Source: Octopus sinensis (lineage: Eukaryota). From it: a DNA stretch of 64,000 bases. A model generated the notes under the pieces. That model was not told the origin of the DNA, did no database searches, and saw only the letters and a list, made by a program, of their open reading frames with translations. The stretch spans positions 20,026,001-20,090,000 of the forward strand of contig NC_043002.1 of NCBI RefSeq assembly GCF_006345805.1, read 5' to 3'. Position 1 is the stretch's first letter. Each line of letters begins with the position of its first letter. Shown piece by piece: positions 1 to 16,000 of this stretch. The translations under genes were made by a program, and so were the position numbers.

Positions 1-871
1 GAGACTGCATAGATGCCCATTGGGTGGATGGTACTTGTGATTCAAAAGGTACAGCCATGTCACTGGGTTATGCTGATACTGAGAAATACAGTAAGAGTGC
101 CTGTGTTTGCTGAACACTCAGCCACTTTGTTAACTGAGGAGTAGGTAATTCAATTAATCAAACTGAATCTCTATTGGTGATCATTGGAGATCTACCACCA
201 TTTTCACTCCTTTGTAATGCAAAGATGATACCCACCTACTGGTGGATTCCTAGGCATGGGTTGTGTTGCACATATCAGCCGTCACGAGCAATCCATAATC
301 AGTAGAGATCAAATGTTGTAAAGGTAACTAAGTGAACTAAGACAACACAAAATCAGATGGTGGAATTGAGAGTCTTTGAAGTGTCAGACAGAATGCTTCA
401 ATGTATTCTGACTTTTTATGCTTTGGGTTCAAAAGCTAACAAAGGTCAACTTTGCCATTCATCCTTTTGGTATTGATAAAAAAAGTATCAATCGAAGGCA
501 GTGAATTGAAGGAACTGTAAAATGATTTGTTCCAGCTCATTGCATTCCAAGTTCAAATACTACTATGATCTACTTGGGCAGTACAGTTAACCCAAAGCCC
601 ACTTTAACAATTTTCATTCTAAAAATGAACACTAAAAGATTTTGTGCCGATTCCTAACTTGGAACCAGAGGTGGCCTAGGCAGGTTATGTATAGAAAATG
701 TTTACTGCAAAATTCTACCATTTATAGCTGAGAAATTATAGAAAGTACTTACTGAACTAATGCTAACAATAAACCAGATGGAAAATTTAAATATATCTAA
801 ATATGATGAAATTAACAGCTTTTTTTAAAGTCATTAAAGAACAAACTAAAGGAAGCTGGTGTTTGTCTTAC

Positions 872-1086
872 CTCGTGTTGCAATGCTGCTGAGTTAACAC
901 GTGGACCGTGGTGACTGAGAACAGAGAGGCAGGCTAAGATCAAATGTAAGGCACCAATATCCAACATCATTCTTCGCAGATAGACCCCATCATCTGTGGT
1001 GAGAGGGGTCGTGTCAAACAAAGATTCAATCACATTGAAAGGCAGTGTGGGTAGGGAATTGGCGATGGGTGATGTCAATATATGAC
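872..1086 (-). CDS. BIRC6: BIRC6 exon w46 (215 nt)
   Basis: GHILTSPIANSLPTLPF...DDGVYLRRMMLDIGALHLILACLSVLSHHGPR; phase 1 to 0. Confidence 0.96.
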
Positions 1087-4000
1087 CTGCAAATAAAATC
1101 AAAAACAAACCATTAAGACAAAATATAACAACTTGGGGGAAAAAAAATTAAAATAATGCACCAATACTCATTAAAGCAAATTTTCAAAGTCTTATTTAGT
1201 GGATTTTGAAAATTTTGACAGTAACCCTTTAATGAGAAATGTGAAATAGGAGACAGGTTTGATGTTAGTACAGTAGACTTAATTAAACAGAGAAAAGTGT
1301 CACAAAATGGATAAGGTGTTGAATTGACAGTCCTAAGAGGTCAACTTTGCTGTTCATCTTTTTAAGGTCGATAAAAATGTACCAGTCCAAGGAGGTGTAT
1401 TGATAGAACTGTAAGAATATCAAATCAGACGCCTTGTGGTATTTGTTTTAGTTCTCTACATTCCAAGTTGAAATCCTGCCATGGCCTACTTGGGTAGCAG
1501 ACTTAACCTGTCATAAGTGGTTGGCATTTGGAAGTGCATCATGCTATAGAAATGATGCCAAAGCAAACACTGGAGCCAGACGCAGTTCTCAGACCCATCA
1601 AACCTATGCCAGAGCAGAACATTAAAAGACTATGCCGATTGTACTTTTCTAGTGAGTAACCTGATTTGAAAGCAGTGTAATTTCAAGAATATAATGGATT
1701 TCCCAAAACTATGGATTGATAGTAAAGATCAGAGGGAAAAAAAAAGCATAAAGTCATAATACTAACCACCATCACCATCATCAGTAACTCCAAGAACAAG
1801 ACGTAGCAGACATTGAGCTTTCTTCCTTTCTTGGAGTAGAACATCGGCATAACCGGGTAGTCGTAAAAACAAACCAAATGCAATTAGAGAATGAGGTGGA
1901 ATTGTTGAAAGTCCTGAGTGTGCAGTGCCGCCAGATTGTGATGTCAATGGAGGAGCAGTAGGGACTGGTTCATAAAACGTCTGGTGAGTAAAAAGAAAAA
2001 AAAGGAAGAATTTAAAATCAATTTGTAATGACAAATAGTTGCTATTGTAATTAAGCATTTTAGAAAGAAATTAAAGAATATTACGGTTTTATCATATGTA
2101 CATAAACATCAGAGACAAAGGGTGAAGAAATTTGGTCAACAAGTCAAAACAAAATCCATTTCTGTAGCTATATGACATATAAAGGCAGACAGATATCAAT
2201 ACATTCCTATACCAAATTTTACTCTACAAAACACTCCAATGAGCAAGGATGAATTAACTGATAGAGGAAAGGACAAAGAGTTGAGGTCAACAATCTGCAT
2301 CCTGTCACTAGCACTACATCCACAGACAATCACCCCTTTTACTCAACTCTAATTAGGCACCAAGGGTGGTACAATTCACCAAGGGTGGTACAATGAAGTT
2401 GATTAGCTTGAAATAGTAAGTTCCGTTCCCCCCACAGAAAAAAAACCTACATGTCACAGACCACAGCTAAGAGAATTGAATCATGTATAGTCTAATGTCC
2501 AGTCCAGTCTGCAGCAGATATGAACCCATCATAATCATAAATTAGCAAGATCAATTACTTTTTAAAATCTGAAAACAGCCAAAGATTCATTAAAGTTAAC
2601 CAAGATTTTAACTTATATCCTAGAGACATGAATATTTCAGTCTAACATATCTCAACTCTGCATCAATTATTCGGTTGAACAAATGGTAGATTAGTTTTTC
2701 TCATTAACAAAAGAAATAAAGTAAGCAGAACAGCATGTGACACTAACCTCATTTAAGTCAGAGGAATCAACAGACACCCATTGGTCTTGAGATACATCAG
2801 AAACAGCAGTACTTTCCATTGTATCTGGTAGAACGGGTTGGCGAGACACTTCGGAATATAACACAGGAAGATGTTCAGCTAACAGTGCCAACCCACCGAC
2901 ACTAGCAAACACCTGAAGGGCTGAAGGAAAGCTGTCGGCTTTAAGTAATAAATCATCAGGGTTGTTAGCCTCTGGCCAGTCTGCAAGTAGAAATATGAAT
3001 GGTAAGGGGCAAAATATGAATGGCAAGTGGAGTTTATTATTCAATGATATACATGTTAAACTTAACAGATGAACTTACTGAAATAGCTACTACAGTAACT
3101 TTAATCTTTTAACATCCAAATTACTGTCAAACGTAAAGCTTTTTTATTTAGAATGTTTTCAATTAATTATAGATTATGTTGTAACTTCAAGATTTCAATG
3201 ATATAATTGTTTATTTTGAGAATGAGGGGCCAGATTTGGCCAGTCTCAACATAAAATAGGGAGAGTATTTAGGTCCAACAGGACCAGTTAAAATTTCTTA
3301 GCATTGTCATGTCACTTTTACCACATTCCATAGTTAGGATCTTGTAAGGTAAAGAATATTTTTTTCTCCATAAATGGCAGAGTATGAAGATATTACAAGG
3401 GAGCTCAGTACTTTCAAAGAATTACATAATCAGGGAGGAATAAAGACATAAATATATACATACCAGGATCCCTGTAGGTCTTTTTGTCACCAGGCTTTGA
3501 ATGGAATCGAAGCAGGAATTCCAAGACCGCTTGTCCTTGAGGATATCCCTTCTCTTGTAAAATTACAAGCAGTTGGCTAAGAGTGAGTTCTGCAGGTAAT
3601 GGTTGACCTATAAAAGATTAAAAAAAGAAAATAAAGCTAAGAAGTTCATGAAGCTGGATAAAGTGGGAAGTAACCACAAATCAATGAAACTCAATTGAAA
3701 CCAATCATAACATTCTTGTTGAAAGCCATCGTTGATAAGCTATTCTGGTATCAAAGAAAACTTGACCAAAAATACTTGATTGATCTATACCAGGCAGCTG
3801 TGCTGGTGGTACGTAAAATGCACACTTTGAACTTTGGGCCTCATGGAGGCAATGACAAGTGACCAAGACCTTTGGCAATATACTGTGCTTGAGAAGAGCT
3901 GTCAAGTCAAGTGAGATTGTAGTTGTGGCTGATGCTAGTGTTTTATAACTGGTACCCATGCTGGTGGCACATACAAAGCACCCATTACACTCTTGGAGTG

Positions 4001-7000
4001 GTTGGTGTTAGAAAGGGCATCCAGCTATAATCAGATTGGAACCTGGTGCAGCTCCTCAGTTTACCAGTTTTCAGTCAAACCGTCCAACCCATGCCAGCAT
4101 GGAAAACGGACGTTAAATGACGATGATGAAGAGCTTGAATGGCTACAACCATGCCACAGAGGTTTGCACACACAAGGTTGATGAGGTAATTGGTTTCAGT
4201 GACACCACTCTCACCAACATCATCAGCCAATGAGGAGGTTTCTATGTTACTCAACAGGCTGGAAATAGTAGTCAAATCTCTATCTTAAGAAATGATACAA
4301 TGGCTAATATAGCCCTAGATACACTAGGTCTGAAAAACTGGAATAGTCACAGTTGGAAGATTTCATAATGCATCTGCTTAATCAGGGTTGACCTGTGGCT
4401 AAATAACAACCTGACCACAACCAGAATCATTACAATCAATAAAAAAGTGTAATTTACCAGGCAGAAGATTGTGATAAAGTGATAACACTGGGAACTGTAA
4501 GTTGACAGCGACCATGTCTGTATTCTGATTGCCTCGAGCACGAGGGGGCAAGCGAGGTGGACCTCCTGTTTTATTATGGTTGGAATTCTTCTCTCTACGC
4601 TCCTTTGCTAATAATCCTAGAAAGATGAAAACAAGTACAATATTAATAGAGCTGTTGATGGTGCATTACATTTATCCTGAATTATTTCACATCATCTAAC
4701 ATCAAGACGTATGGTTAAGACAAGAATATATTGTATTATTAATCAAAAAGTCAATGGATGGAATCAGGTCACTGGCGATAGATTTATGTACACAGCCAAA
4801 ACTTAACTCTTTCTAGCTCAGTTTATTTGGCTAGAAATCAGTACAGATGTTAAATTCTGATTATGACTGTAATTAAAGAGAGGCCTATATAATTAGAAAA
4901 TATTATTGTTGGATTCCATATAGAATTGATATCAAATTTTTGTATAATGTGGAGTAGCCATGTAGCTCCTCTGCAGCAACAAATATGTTCCTATCCTTTC
5001 TACCATACCCTTATATAATGTGAAGTAACCATGGAGATCCTCCATAACAACAAACATTTTCTTCACATATCTATCATACACTAACCTTTCAACATCTAGC
5101 ATAGTGACACTTCCTTTTCTGCTATACTCCCACCCAAGCAAGGGAACTTTCAATTCTTGCACATTGCATGGCAACTTCACCAGTGTTTGTGCCACAGAAC
5201 ACATGTCTAGTACTCTGTAATGTCACTGACATTAAGAAAGGCATCCAGTCATAAAAACTATGCCAAAGTAGACACTGGAGCTTGGAGCAGTTCTCTGGCT
5301 TGGATCCTGCCAAAAAAATCAAACCCATACCAACATGGCAGATGGACGATGGTATGTAAATCTGGGGTACAATAGGAACATTCATCCCACTAGCTTCCAT
5401 TAATCAGTTTCATCATCACCACTACCATACGGCTGTCAAGAAAGTTCTTGCAGCTTTTAACCTTTAAATTCAGACGCATATATCTCGGCTCAAACAAAAC
5501 TTTATTAATCAAAATAAACACCATCAAAATCAACACACTTTTGCCAACGTGAAACAAGTTTATTTATGCCAATAGCGTAAAAATCCTGTGTACTGATGGC
5601 AATGAAGTCTTTGAAGGCATGTATGGGTGAGCTAACTTATATGAGTAATTATTAGATTCTCTTCCTACCACTAATCTCAGCCATGAGATAAGGAGATGAA
5701 GCACATTGGAGCTAGTAAGAGATACAGTTATGTACCCCATTCATGGGTGCAACAATGGCTAAAGTAAAATTTGAACTTATGCCTATATGGTCAATAGCCC
5801 TGCACCAAAACCTTGTACCCCTGTGCCTTTTTGGCTATTATGCTATTTAGTTTCATCATACATGATTATAGATAGACCACAACAATAAAAGCACACTCAC
5901 CTGCAGCATTTGATAGGAAGTCCACAACTTCAATACCAAGTTCAGTCATATCCTTCTTATTGTCATCAATGTTCTTTTTCTCAACAGTGCCATCCCAGAA
6001 TTGAGCCATGTGTCCAGTATGGTCTGTGGAATTGAAAATATAAATGGATTAGTAAATTCAATGGATAATTTTAAATTTTTTATAGAGTGCATTACACTAT
6101 CCTGAGGAAGTGGGGAGAGAGTTATAGTTGTTTTTCATTTTATACCATTCTTTCAAAGCACCAAGAATTGGACAGATTCAAAATAAGTCATCCTTGTACA
6201 CATTTCAATCCTGTCTGTTACATTTCATTTGACAGCAGTTTCTTTTTAGAGACTCCATCTCCTGCCTACCTGGTAGTGTAAGCTGGGTGCTACAGTGGTA
6301 TCTGTCTCAAAAAACTAACTTCACTGATTTCAGCTTTTCTCCCCTTCTACACACTGGTTTGAAACACAGAGCAGAGATGAGTTCAAGAACTCTTAAAGTT
6401 CCAAAGAATCTGGGAACACTTACAGATATTGGTAAATCAGAAATGAAGAGTGAATGCCAATGCATATTTTCAGTGCCATCTACTCAATAAATTTTTGTTA
6501 GTTTTTAACATTACAGCAACAGAAAACTATAATATGAAGCCATTTCCTCTCTTCTATTCCGACATTCTGCACTTATTTTCCCCTACTTTCCCTCTGAAAC
6601 CAGTACCTAATGGAAATGCAATCTGAGCACATTTTACCAACTAAAATACTTTGTGAATACAAGTATATTTTTGCAAGCTGCTGTTAATACATTGCCATTT
6701 GTGAACATTATTATTACTAGTTAAAGGTTCCTGACAAATCTAATGGTGAGAATTACATGATGGTGTTATTGGCTTTTTGATTTTTCACTCAGGTTTATAC
6801 CTTTTGTAAATATGAGTCTCCACAGTTTCTACCTACTATCATTCACAGAGTATTGGTCAATTTAAGGCCATTTGCCCAAGATGCAATCTAGACAACCACA
6901 TGGTTATGATGTAAACAAGGTAGTCTCTAGATGGTTATTCAACCTGCTAGATGTAGAAGTCAAACCACCACCCACCCACTCTCTGCTACTTTAATAAAAA

Positions 7001-10000
7001 TTAAAAAGAAGACACATTGGATAATGTAGTTCCTGATAAATAAAAGTCAAACTAGAATACCTTTGACAATATAAGGCCCTTGATCAAGACTGGCTTATAG
7101 CTAAACAAGTACAAACACTTAACTCAGACACTAAGTGTAGCTAATAAGTTCTTGAATAACAGTTTCGTATTTATGCATTTGATTACAATATAAATTTGAA
7201 AGTTTTGTGACCTCTTATTTTCTACTTTTGTTTTTTCAAACATTAAAAGTAAAATTTTCAATACCAGGTTTTATATTCTCAAGGACAAAATGTAAACAAC
7301 AGTAAATTACAAATTTTATTAATTTTCTGAACTAAATCTTTGCATGGCTAAGCACAGATACTGTAAGTTAAATACTCGCAGTCATTACTCCATCTGCTTA
7401 TATTTCACTATGTCGTATACAGGAATCATAGTCAATCTACAGCTTCACATCTTCCTTTAGAACCCTTCACAGTTCAAATACCCATCATCCCCAAAGTCTT
7501 TATTCTATCAAGTGTCCCCCAAAAGATAAATACAAACAATGAATCCTCATAACTCTACCACAATCTGAATGAAACAATTAAATACCTGATATCTTGTTAA
7601 TAAGCTCTTCACAGTTGGTTTGCAATCCCACGGTGACTGTGTGGAAATGGCGTCCAGCACCAAAACAGGGATGCTGCAATTGGCTGAAACATCCTTGCAC
7701 TTGCAGACGACTGTTATGAGGAGAAGATTTGAAGGATACCAAAATCTTTGGCTCTTCCAATAGAACTTGCAGAAACATGCGTCTTGTGAACCCAGACAGA
7801 AGAGGTCCAGATGAAATAGGTCCTATTAGGTTAAGAAAAAAGAAAATATATAAAAACAAAGATCCTATTTTTTAAATCAAGATAAATTACTGAAATATAA
7901 TGAAACAAAATAGTTTACAAAACTTTCCAGTTCTGCAAAGTTTGAGGACATGGTGAAAAGTGTTTGTTGGATTTTAATGGAGTCATCATCTGTTTTATGT
8001 TTTTCCAGACTTGCTAAGCATTAGATGTCTCTCTCCAGCAGAGTGTTTCACCTACATGTAGCATTCTTTTGTCATCTTTGTCAGGTTAGCTTCTTGAGAC
8101 CAATATTAAACACCTCTAAAGTTTTCCTCTTCTGCAGATTCTCTCCACATGGATCACTTCACACTTCTTCACTCCATACATGTGACATGTCTGTACTAAT
8201 GTAGTTTCTACTCATGCACACATCTGATTATTCTTATGCCCAGTTTTTCTCTCAGCTCATTTACGCTCCATCATTCATTCACACTAACATTATATATCCA
8301 GAGGATTTCTTTCCAGACTTCATACAATTTCTACATTCAATGCTCATCTTTTGCTATGGTGCAACAGTACATTTCAGATACAAGCATCATACAATTTACT
8401 CTTCAAAGAGCTCTTGGGTGACAACAAAAAGATTGTTTCTCTATGAACTAAATCTAGCAATATAATAAGTCACTGGTCAATCTGTTTTTAGTTATAGGGC
8501 TGCAAACAAAGCAAATAGTTAATTAGGAAAGAAATTGAGACATTTAAGAAGACCATACCAGATCCTTGCTCCTTGATGACTTCACAGAGTACACGGGCAA
8601 ATAGATGCTGGTTCTGAGAATGGCAAGAAATCACTTGGTTGAAGAATGTAATTACTACTGTTTCAATGGCAGCACGTTCTTCAGCAGTCATCATCTGAAA
8701 ATACAGTAAACAATTACCATTTCTTATCATCATCATCATCACCACCACCAACATCACATAACAATCATCTCCCATGCTGGCATAGGTTGTACAAGTAGGA
8801 GGACTGCATTATGCTTCAATGTCTGCTTCCTACAGCTTGATGCACTTCTTAACACCAATCACTTTACAGTGTACTATATTTTTTGCTTTACATGGCACCA
8901 GCACTAGTGAGGTTGCCATGTAACCAGCCAGATTAAAGTTCCCCTTCAACTGAGGAGTTTAGAAGAAAGAAAAGTAATTTTTATGCTACGAAACATGGTG
9001 CTATCAAAACCTAAGGTAAATCATTATGGTATTAAGTTTATTATTTCTTTATTGCCCACAAGGGGCTAAACGTAGAGGGGACAAACAAGGACAGACAAAC
9101 GGATTAGGTTGATTACATTGACCCCAGTGCGTAACTGGTACTTAATTTATCGATCCCGAAAGGATGAAAGGTAAAGTTGACCTCGGCGGAATTTGAACTG
9201 AGAACGTAATGGCAGATGAAGTACCGTTAGGCATTTTGTCCGGCGTGGTAATGTTTCTGCCAGCTCTCCGCTTATGGTATTAAGTTTATGTTAATCAGTT
9301 AACCTGACATAGGTTACCAAAAACCACTAAACATCATAAATTTAATAGAAATTTAACAAAAATTCAAAAATTCTTTTCTCTACCACTCATATTCACCTTG
9401 TATAAATATTCATTTTAAGTAATGATACCATGAACAACTCAGTCATTAAGCTTATGTACGGAATTCTACCCTAGTGTAAAGCAGAAGATATAAACAGCAA
9501 ACTAACAATATAAAGATTTATAATAATTCTCTCATGTGTTAAATATTACAAGAAAGTCAGTCTTGAACAAGCAATAATATAAACATATGAATGGATGAAA
9601 CAACTTACCTTGTGCTTATAATTTATGGATGAGGTTTGTGTAGTAGCAGTGGTACGAGGGGCCTGTACTGGAATAGTGCAGAGTAATGTCAAGAGGACTG
9701 GCCAAAATATACTGCCTTCAGCACTTCCCATCCAATCTTTAATCATTGGTTCACGAGTTATCTCAGCAAAGAACCCAAGTATTGCTGCTACAAGGTCAGC
9801 AGTTACAGTCAAACCATTAGCTGTTAGAGTGGAAAGGATTTCAGCATCAAATTAGTAACTAGCATTCACACAGGATTTTTTCACACACTTAACACACTTA
9901 TATACAGTTGACTATTTATGTAAAAGACAAGAATATAATTGATTTGAGTTCATCTCCAGTACATTACTCATTCCAAACCAATGACAGGTGACTGAAAGGA

Positions 10001-13000
10001 AAAACAAATCCCATGCCACTAGAATTTCTACACAATGGTAAGTCAGCAAAGTATCAAAAATCTGTTTGTGCATCTCAAAATATGGTAAAAATCTGCAAAC
10101 AACTAAAGATGTCACTGATTTCTTAAATTCAATCAGCTCTGCTTAAAATTTTCTTTCTCTCTGAACAAAGGCAAAATAAATATGAACTAAGAAGTGGCAT
10201 TGCAAGATTGTGGAACACTGGCAGTGAATAACTATATATATATACCTCATTTTTTTAGCCCATATGTTCTTATATTCATTTGTCATTTAACTCAGTGTTT
10301 TCTTTTTTAACCAAACACCCTTGATAAATGAGATTACATGATATCTAGATATTCTAAAAGAAATTAGCTGCTCTATGTCTCCAAAGTGATATGGCTCAGT
10401 ACACTTTTCTTAAAAGTTTCATGCTTTCTTAACCCATTAACTTTTAAGTTTTTTTCAGAATACATATTATCAAAAAAAATTTGTATCAGCTACTAGATAT
10501 ACACATCAGAATTAATTAATATACTAAAACCATAAAATAAACTTAAAAAATTAAATATAAACCAGTGATAACAGGAAAGTTGCTCTAAAAGAATCACCAG
10601 TTATTATGAGTTAATTATTCTATGATACCGCTTAGCCACCCCACAAAGAAATGTAGGTATATATTGTTTTGACATTTTCAATAAAAATACTCGGCACAAT
10701 AAAGGAAAATTATACAATTCAGATTTTTTATTTTTTGATAGGCAAACTAGAATTGAATGGTAAATATATTTGGACAGTTTAATGCGTGTGTGTGTTATGT
10801 GCTCAAGAGAAAGTGTGTACACACACACACACACACACACACACCACTTTCTGGATTGGTCAGAACTATTACTATCCCTTGTAGTATTTGTTCCAGTTAT
10901 CTGTGTTCTGAGCCCAAATCTCTCAGAGTATAAGAAAAGCAAAAGCCCAGATCAGAACAATGGATTAGAGGAATTGCTAGAGTGTTGAACCAAATGTCTT
11001 GAATGTACTTGCTAGGGTCATTTATGCCCAGAACTGGCCTAAGCAAGACTGGGGCCAACCTGTAGTAGCCCTTGCCTTCTCTTAAGAGAACAACATACAA
11101 GTTTTCCTTTTCCACTGGCAAGGAGAAGGGAGACTTGCATGCATGGGTAAGTGCTTATCTAAAAAAAAAATTCTTGTCGAGGAGCAAATCTTAGAGAGAA
11201 ACTTTGCAGATACATGGACCACAGAATACATAGACAGCTGCACAGGGATTGTTTAAAAAAAAAAACAAAAAAAAAACAAAATAAATAAAATGTAAATAAC
11301 CAAACAACTTACTTGAATTATCACAGGTGTGAGGATAGCTTTGTTCACCAACAGAACCATTTTCTCCCATCATAGATTTATTAGCGTCAGTTAGAGATTC
11401 TGGATTGGTTAAACTTTCAGCAAAGCATGCAATCTCATGGTTGCAGAATTCAAACAGCCCCTGAGCAAGAATTGCTGGGAATTTACTAGCAAGTAGTTGT
11501 TGCACTGCACCAGGAGATTGGCATGTAATGGCTAAGGTCGACAGATGTGAACGGTCAAGCATCATATTACTGAAATCATGCAATGTGATCAAATTATTGC
11601 CAATGTCTTGGTCAGCTGCCATAGCAGACTGTTGGTTGGTTTGGGCTTCCTTCGAGTCATCCGTCATCGAGATGTGCTGCTGTTGCTGTGAGCTATCTTT
11701 GCAGTCATCACTGATAGAGGCTGTCATGCTGTTACTGGGGTTCAACAGGATTCCCATCCACTCGAGGATGAGTGTGAAGAAACTTGGATAGATATAGCAG
11801 ACAGAGCAAAGAACATTATCAACAGCTCGTTTCAGGGACGAGTCAAAGGACAGAACAGTACTCCATTCATAGACAGATCTGGAATTAGAAATTATTGTTA
11901 AGTAAATTATTGGAAAAACAAACAAGTGCAGATTTACTGATTAATTCATGGCAAAAGTTTCTTTAGATCAAGTATAGTCCAAATGAAAATACTTAGAAGT
12001 TATAGCACAGTTTATGTATTATCTGTGTGGAGTAATGTGGTGTTGTATGTTGTGAGTGTGTATGAGAGGAAGACTATAGTGTGTGTGTGCATGCACACAT
12101 ATGGAGAGCTGTGGGATGAGCAGAGGTGTATGTGGAGAAGTGTGGTATGCATAAAGGGAGTGCAGTGTGTATAAGGGAAATATGATGTGTGGCGGAATAC
12201 AGTGAGTGCAGAGAAATATGTGGTGAGGTGTAAAACACAGGAATCACTGCTGACCAGCTACTGAAAGAAATGCTAGTTAATATTGTATCATAAGTGTTGT
12301 TACTGCATCATTTCTTCTCATTGGTTCAGTTTACCTAATTGTAGACGTATACCATTGTGATTAACAAATGTCTTTTTAACTCTCACCGCTAAATAATTAT
12401 TCCATGGATATAGAGAAGGAAACCTTTTCTCCAAAGAGAGTCTTTAGTGATGTCAACATCACTTAATACAACCATACTATTAAAGTAGCAGTAGCAGCAG
12501 GCAAATAAGAACAGTACTACTATAAGACATGTTGCTGTTACCCAAGTGCCATGCCTTACAAGAAATTAAGTCACTGGAAAGGTTTGCTTACAATACAGTT
12601 TCATTTCCCAGATGAGCAATTTCATTTAACTTACTTGTGACTGGTGTAATACCTCTCAATCACAATCTTTTACAGTTGGGTTGTGGCATAAATGAAATCA
12701 AAAACCCAGTTCTCAACAACACAACAGTGTATCAATTTGTTTTTTGTTTTTTTAAATACAGATAGCATTTGTTTGATGTTGCCTTAATTCAAGAGAATTG
12801 ACAAATAGTTGGGTGTTTTCTTTTTCTTTTCTTACTGAAGTAACAGCAAATGAGTGTGATAAGAACAAGGAAAGAGCAACAAAGAGAGAGAATGTAGAAG
12901 AGAAATGAAGAGAGAGAGAGAGAGCAAGATAAAGCAGAAGAGACTGAGATTGGAAAAGGAGTGAACAAGAAGAAAAACAAGAAAAAAAAATACCTGAAGA

Positions 13001-16000
13001 GTTGTGGTGTGATGATGGTTCGCAGTTCATTGCGCACAGGAAGGCTGTGGCTGTACCAGAGTATAGCTGCAATGCAGTGAACATGGGGAGCAGCTGGATG
13101 AGGTAGTGTGAAATAAGGGGCTTCATGAGGAGCTGGACCATAACCATTGTTGAGGGACAGCATTTCTGACTTCTGCAGAGCTACTTCAGCACTGTCACCA
13201 AGCCATACTATTAGGGCCTTTAATCTACAAAAAGAAAATATTAACAGAGTTTACACTAAAAGCATCAGATCGAAATTTTGGAGGAGGAAAAAAAAAACAT
13301 TCAATAAAATCTAAAGTATTTGTTTTATAAAAATTTCCATTGAATCACAGTCAGAAGAAGAGATGGATAATGCCTTTGGTGTTTATTGATCCATCCACAC
13401 TGATGAGGAGAAAATCTTTATATATAAAAGTGAAGTTGTGTGTCTGTCTCCTACGATTTAGATTCCTAACTACTCTCACATTTTGCGGTGCAGTGTAACC
13501 AAAAGTGGGTATCATAGTTGTAATTCATACCGAGCCCTTTTGGGTATTAGCATGAGTCTACGATTTAAAAAAAAGTTTACCATAATTTTTTCCCATTTTT
13601 AATGCATTTTTTTTGCTATTATAAAAGGGAAGTAACTCTCTAAAAATGTATTATTAAATCTCAGAACGTCAAAAGCTACAATAACACCCCCCTTTGTGGT
13701 TAGCCATATTGAGATGGCCATTATACTTTACATCTCTAAAAATGCTTATATAGTTATTTCCCTTACAAACCTGAGCAACGCCAGGCGATACTGCTAGTAG
13801 TCTATAAATTGAAAGAGAATATGTAAATCTGTAGGCAGAATTGTACTTTGTTCAGAGGAAAAACAATAATTACTACAGTAGTAAGGTTTGTGATTGATGA
13901 ACAAATAGTCAGACGTCCAAAATGTTAACCTCACAACTGTTGTACCTCATTAGAGTATCCTTTTAATGATGTACAAGTGTATTTACAGCATTTCTATTAC
14001 TTCTAACCTTATTTAAGGATTGCTTAAACCTACACTGGATACAACACCAGTTATAGAAGGATAAATTTAATGAGACAGCTTTCTATTTTTGTACCCCAAG
14101 ACATTGGAGTAGGTATCTTTTTGATTTCTGGTTTTGTACTTCCACTTATGCCAGGAAGTGTTACATGATCACAATGTTGTAGAAGATCAAAGAAAACAGA
14201 ATATCTTTGGTGGATTTACTCACCTGGCAGGGGTACCACTATCCTGTAGAGTTCCTAGCTGATACAGGATCTCAATTGTGGAATCATTTGCAACACCACT
14301 CACTTTCCCCATGAACGACACAGAATCATCTACAAGAAATAAGAAAAAATATTCACAATTTCAAAATTACTTAAAACAATTCGAACTGACATGGTTTAGA
14401 AGACTCTTTGTAAAACATGTCAAACAGTTTAGTAGAAACATAGCAGAAACAACAAGAAATTCAGCTGCAAACAATCTTGACAATAAGTAAAGAGAGAATA
14501 TAATTGTTATAAAAAGGCTCTGATCAACTCTGATTGAGCAGTTCTGAGATAGATACTAAACCATATCTTGGTGAGCTGTGCTAAGTATTTGTTTCTATAT
14601 ATTACTAGAACTTACTTTGTTGGAAAGTTTACTGATACTACAGATTAAACAACTGTTGTATTCCCAGCAAACCAAATATTTGATCCAGTTTCAACTTCTA
14701 GCTTTAACTACTTATAATATCACTATATTTTCTGAATACATCAGCCTCACAACTCATATTTTACCGTATCCCAAGAAATCTCAAGTTTCATGCATAACAG
14801 ATACAACTTGATGTAATAATTTTTTAATGGCTCTTAGGATAGTAAAAAGAGATTAGAACTTTTAAGTAGTTAAGAAGCTCTCAAGACAGTTATTTCAATA
14901 ACCCCAGAGTTCTATAAAACTAGAGCTTTAACTCTGCGCCTTTTAGTATGAAATTAAAGTGAAACCAATCACCAACTCTGTGGAGAAGATATCACTTTAT
15001 CACAGCTGAACAAGTGTTATGGTGATTATTTCATGCTGACAATTAAACAGGAAAGACACATGCAGAATAAAATATCTAGTAAAATAAGACAAAATTAATT
15101 GACTATGATGAGTCTGAATATGTGAACCTATCATTTAAACATCTACTTTCCCATGCTTCCATGGGTCAGATGGAATTTGTTGGGGTAGATTTTCTACAGC
15201 TGGAAGCCCTTCCTGTTGCCAACCCTCACCTGTTTCTAAGTGAGGTAATATTTCCCCAATGGAAGACTGGAAATGAACGATATCACCTGTACACACACAC
15301 AGAGTTACAAACAGTAAATTGTAAGAGAAAAGTTCTAACAACTAACCAGGCTGTCCAAGGAAAGATGGTTTCCTTAATAAACTGTAGATGAGGGTAAGAC
15401 CCATATCTGTAGAATGTAGTCCAAGTTTGAGGAGCACTGTTTCAAGATGATGTGAATGAGTGCTGGCTTGAGGGGACACCAACAGGGCAGTGCATGTGGT
15501 CAGTAAATGTGGAATGGCTGCTGCTGCAGACGCAATACTTTCTTCGACGGTCAAACAATGCTGCAACAGTTGGACCCAGCCAAGGCTGTCAAGTGAAAAT
15601 AGTATAAAAATTCAGATTATTGTAAACTTTTGGTAGCATCATAAACATGTCTTGTGACATCACATAATTAAGAGAAAATGTCTGAAGAAGGCAGACAGAA
15701 AGAATGAAGGAATAAAATTAGCAAGAGTATCAAGTAGGAATCGAACTGATATCTTGTTAAAATCAAATTTCTGTTCCCTCATAAATGCTTATTTAGGTTT
15801 ATTTTTCTTACTTTCACATTTATTTTGATAGTGGATGCATATATGCACAAAAGCTTTCACTCAGACACAAACACACACACAGTACTTATGAACATATTTA
15901 TATGACAAATTTTAATAAATTCTAAAAATTTTCATATTAAACTATAATAATAATAATAATTTCAAATTTTGCCACAAGGACAGCAAGTTCAGGGGAATGG

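Noticed and set aside
10770-11170. Overlapping ORFs of 72-112 aa
   Set aside because: Built partly on a (CA)n tract, with no recognisable family or splice support.
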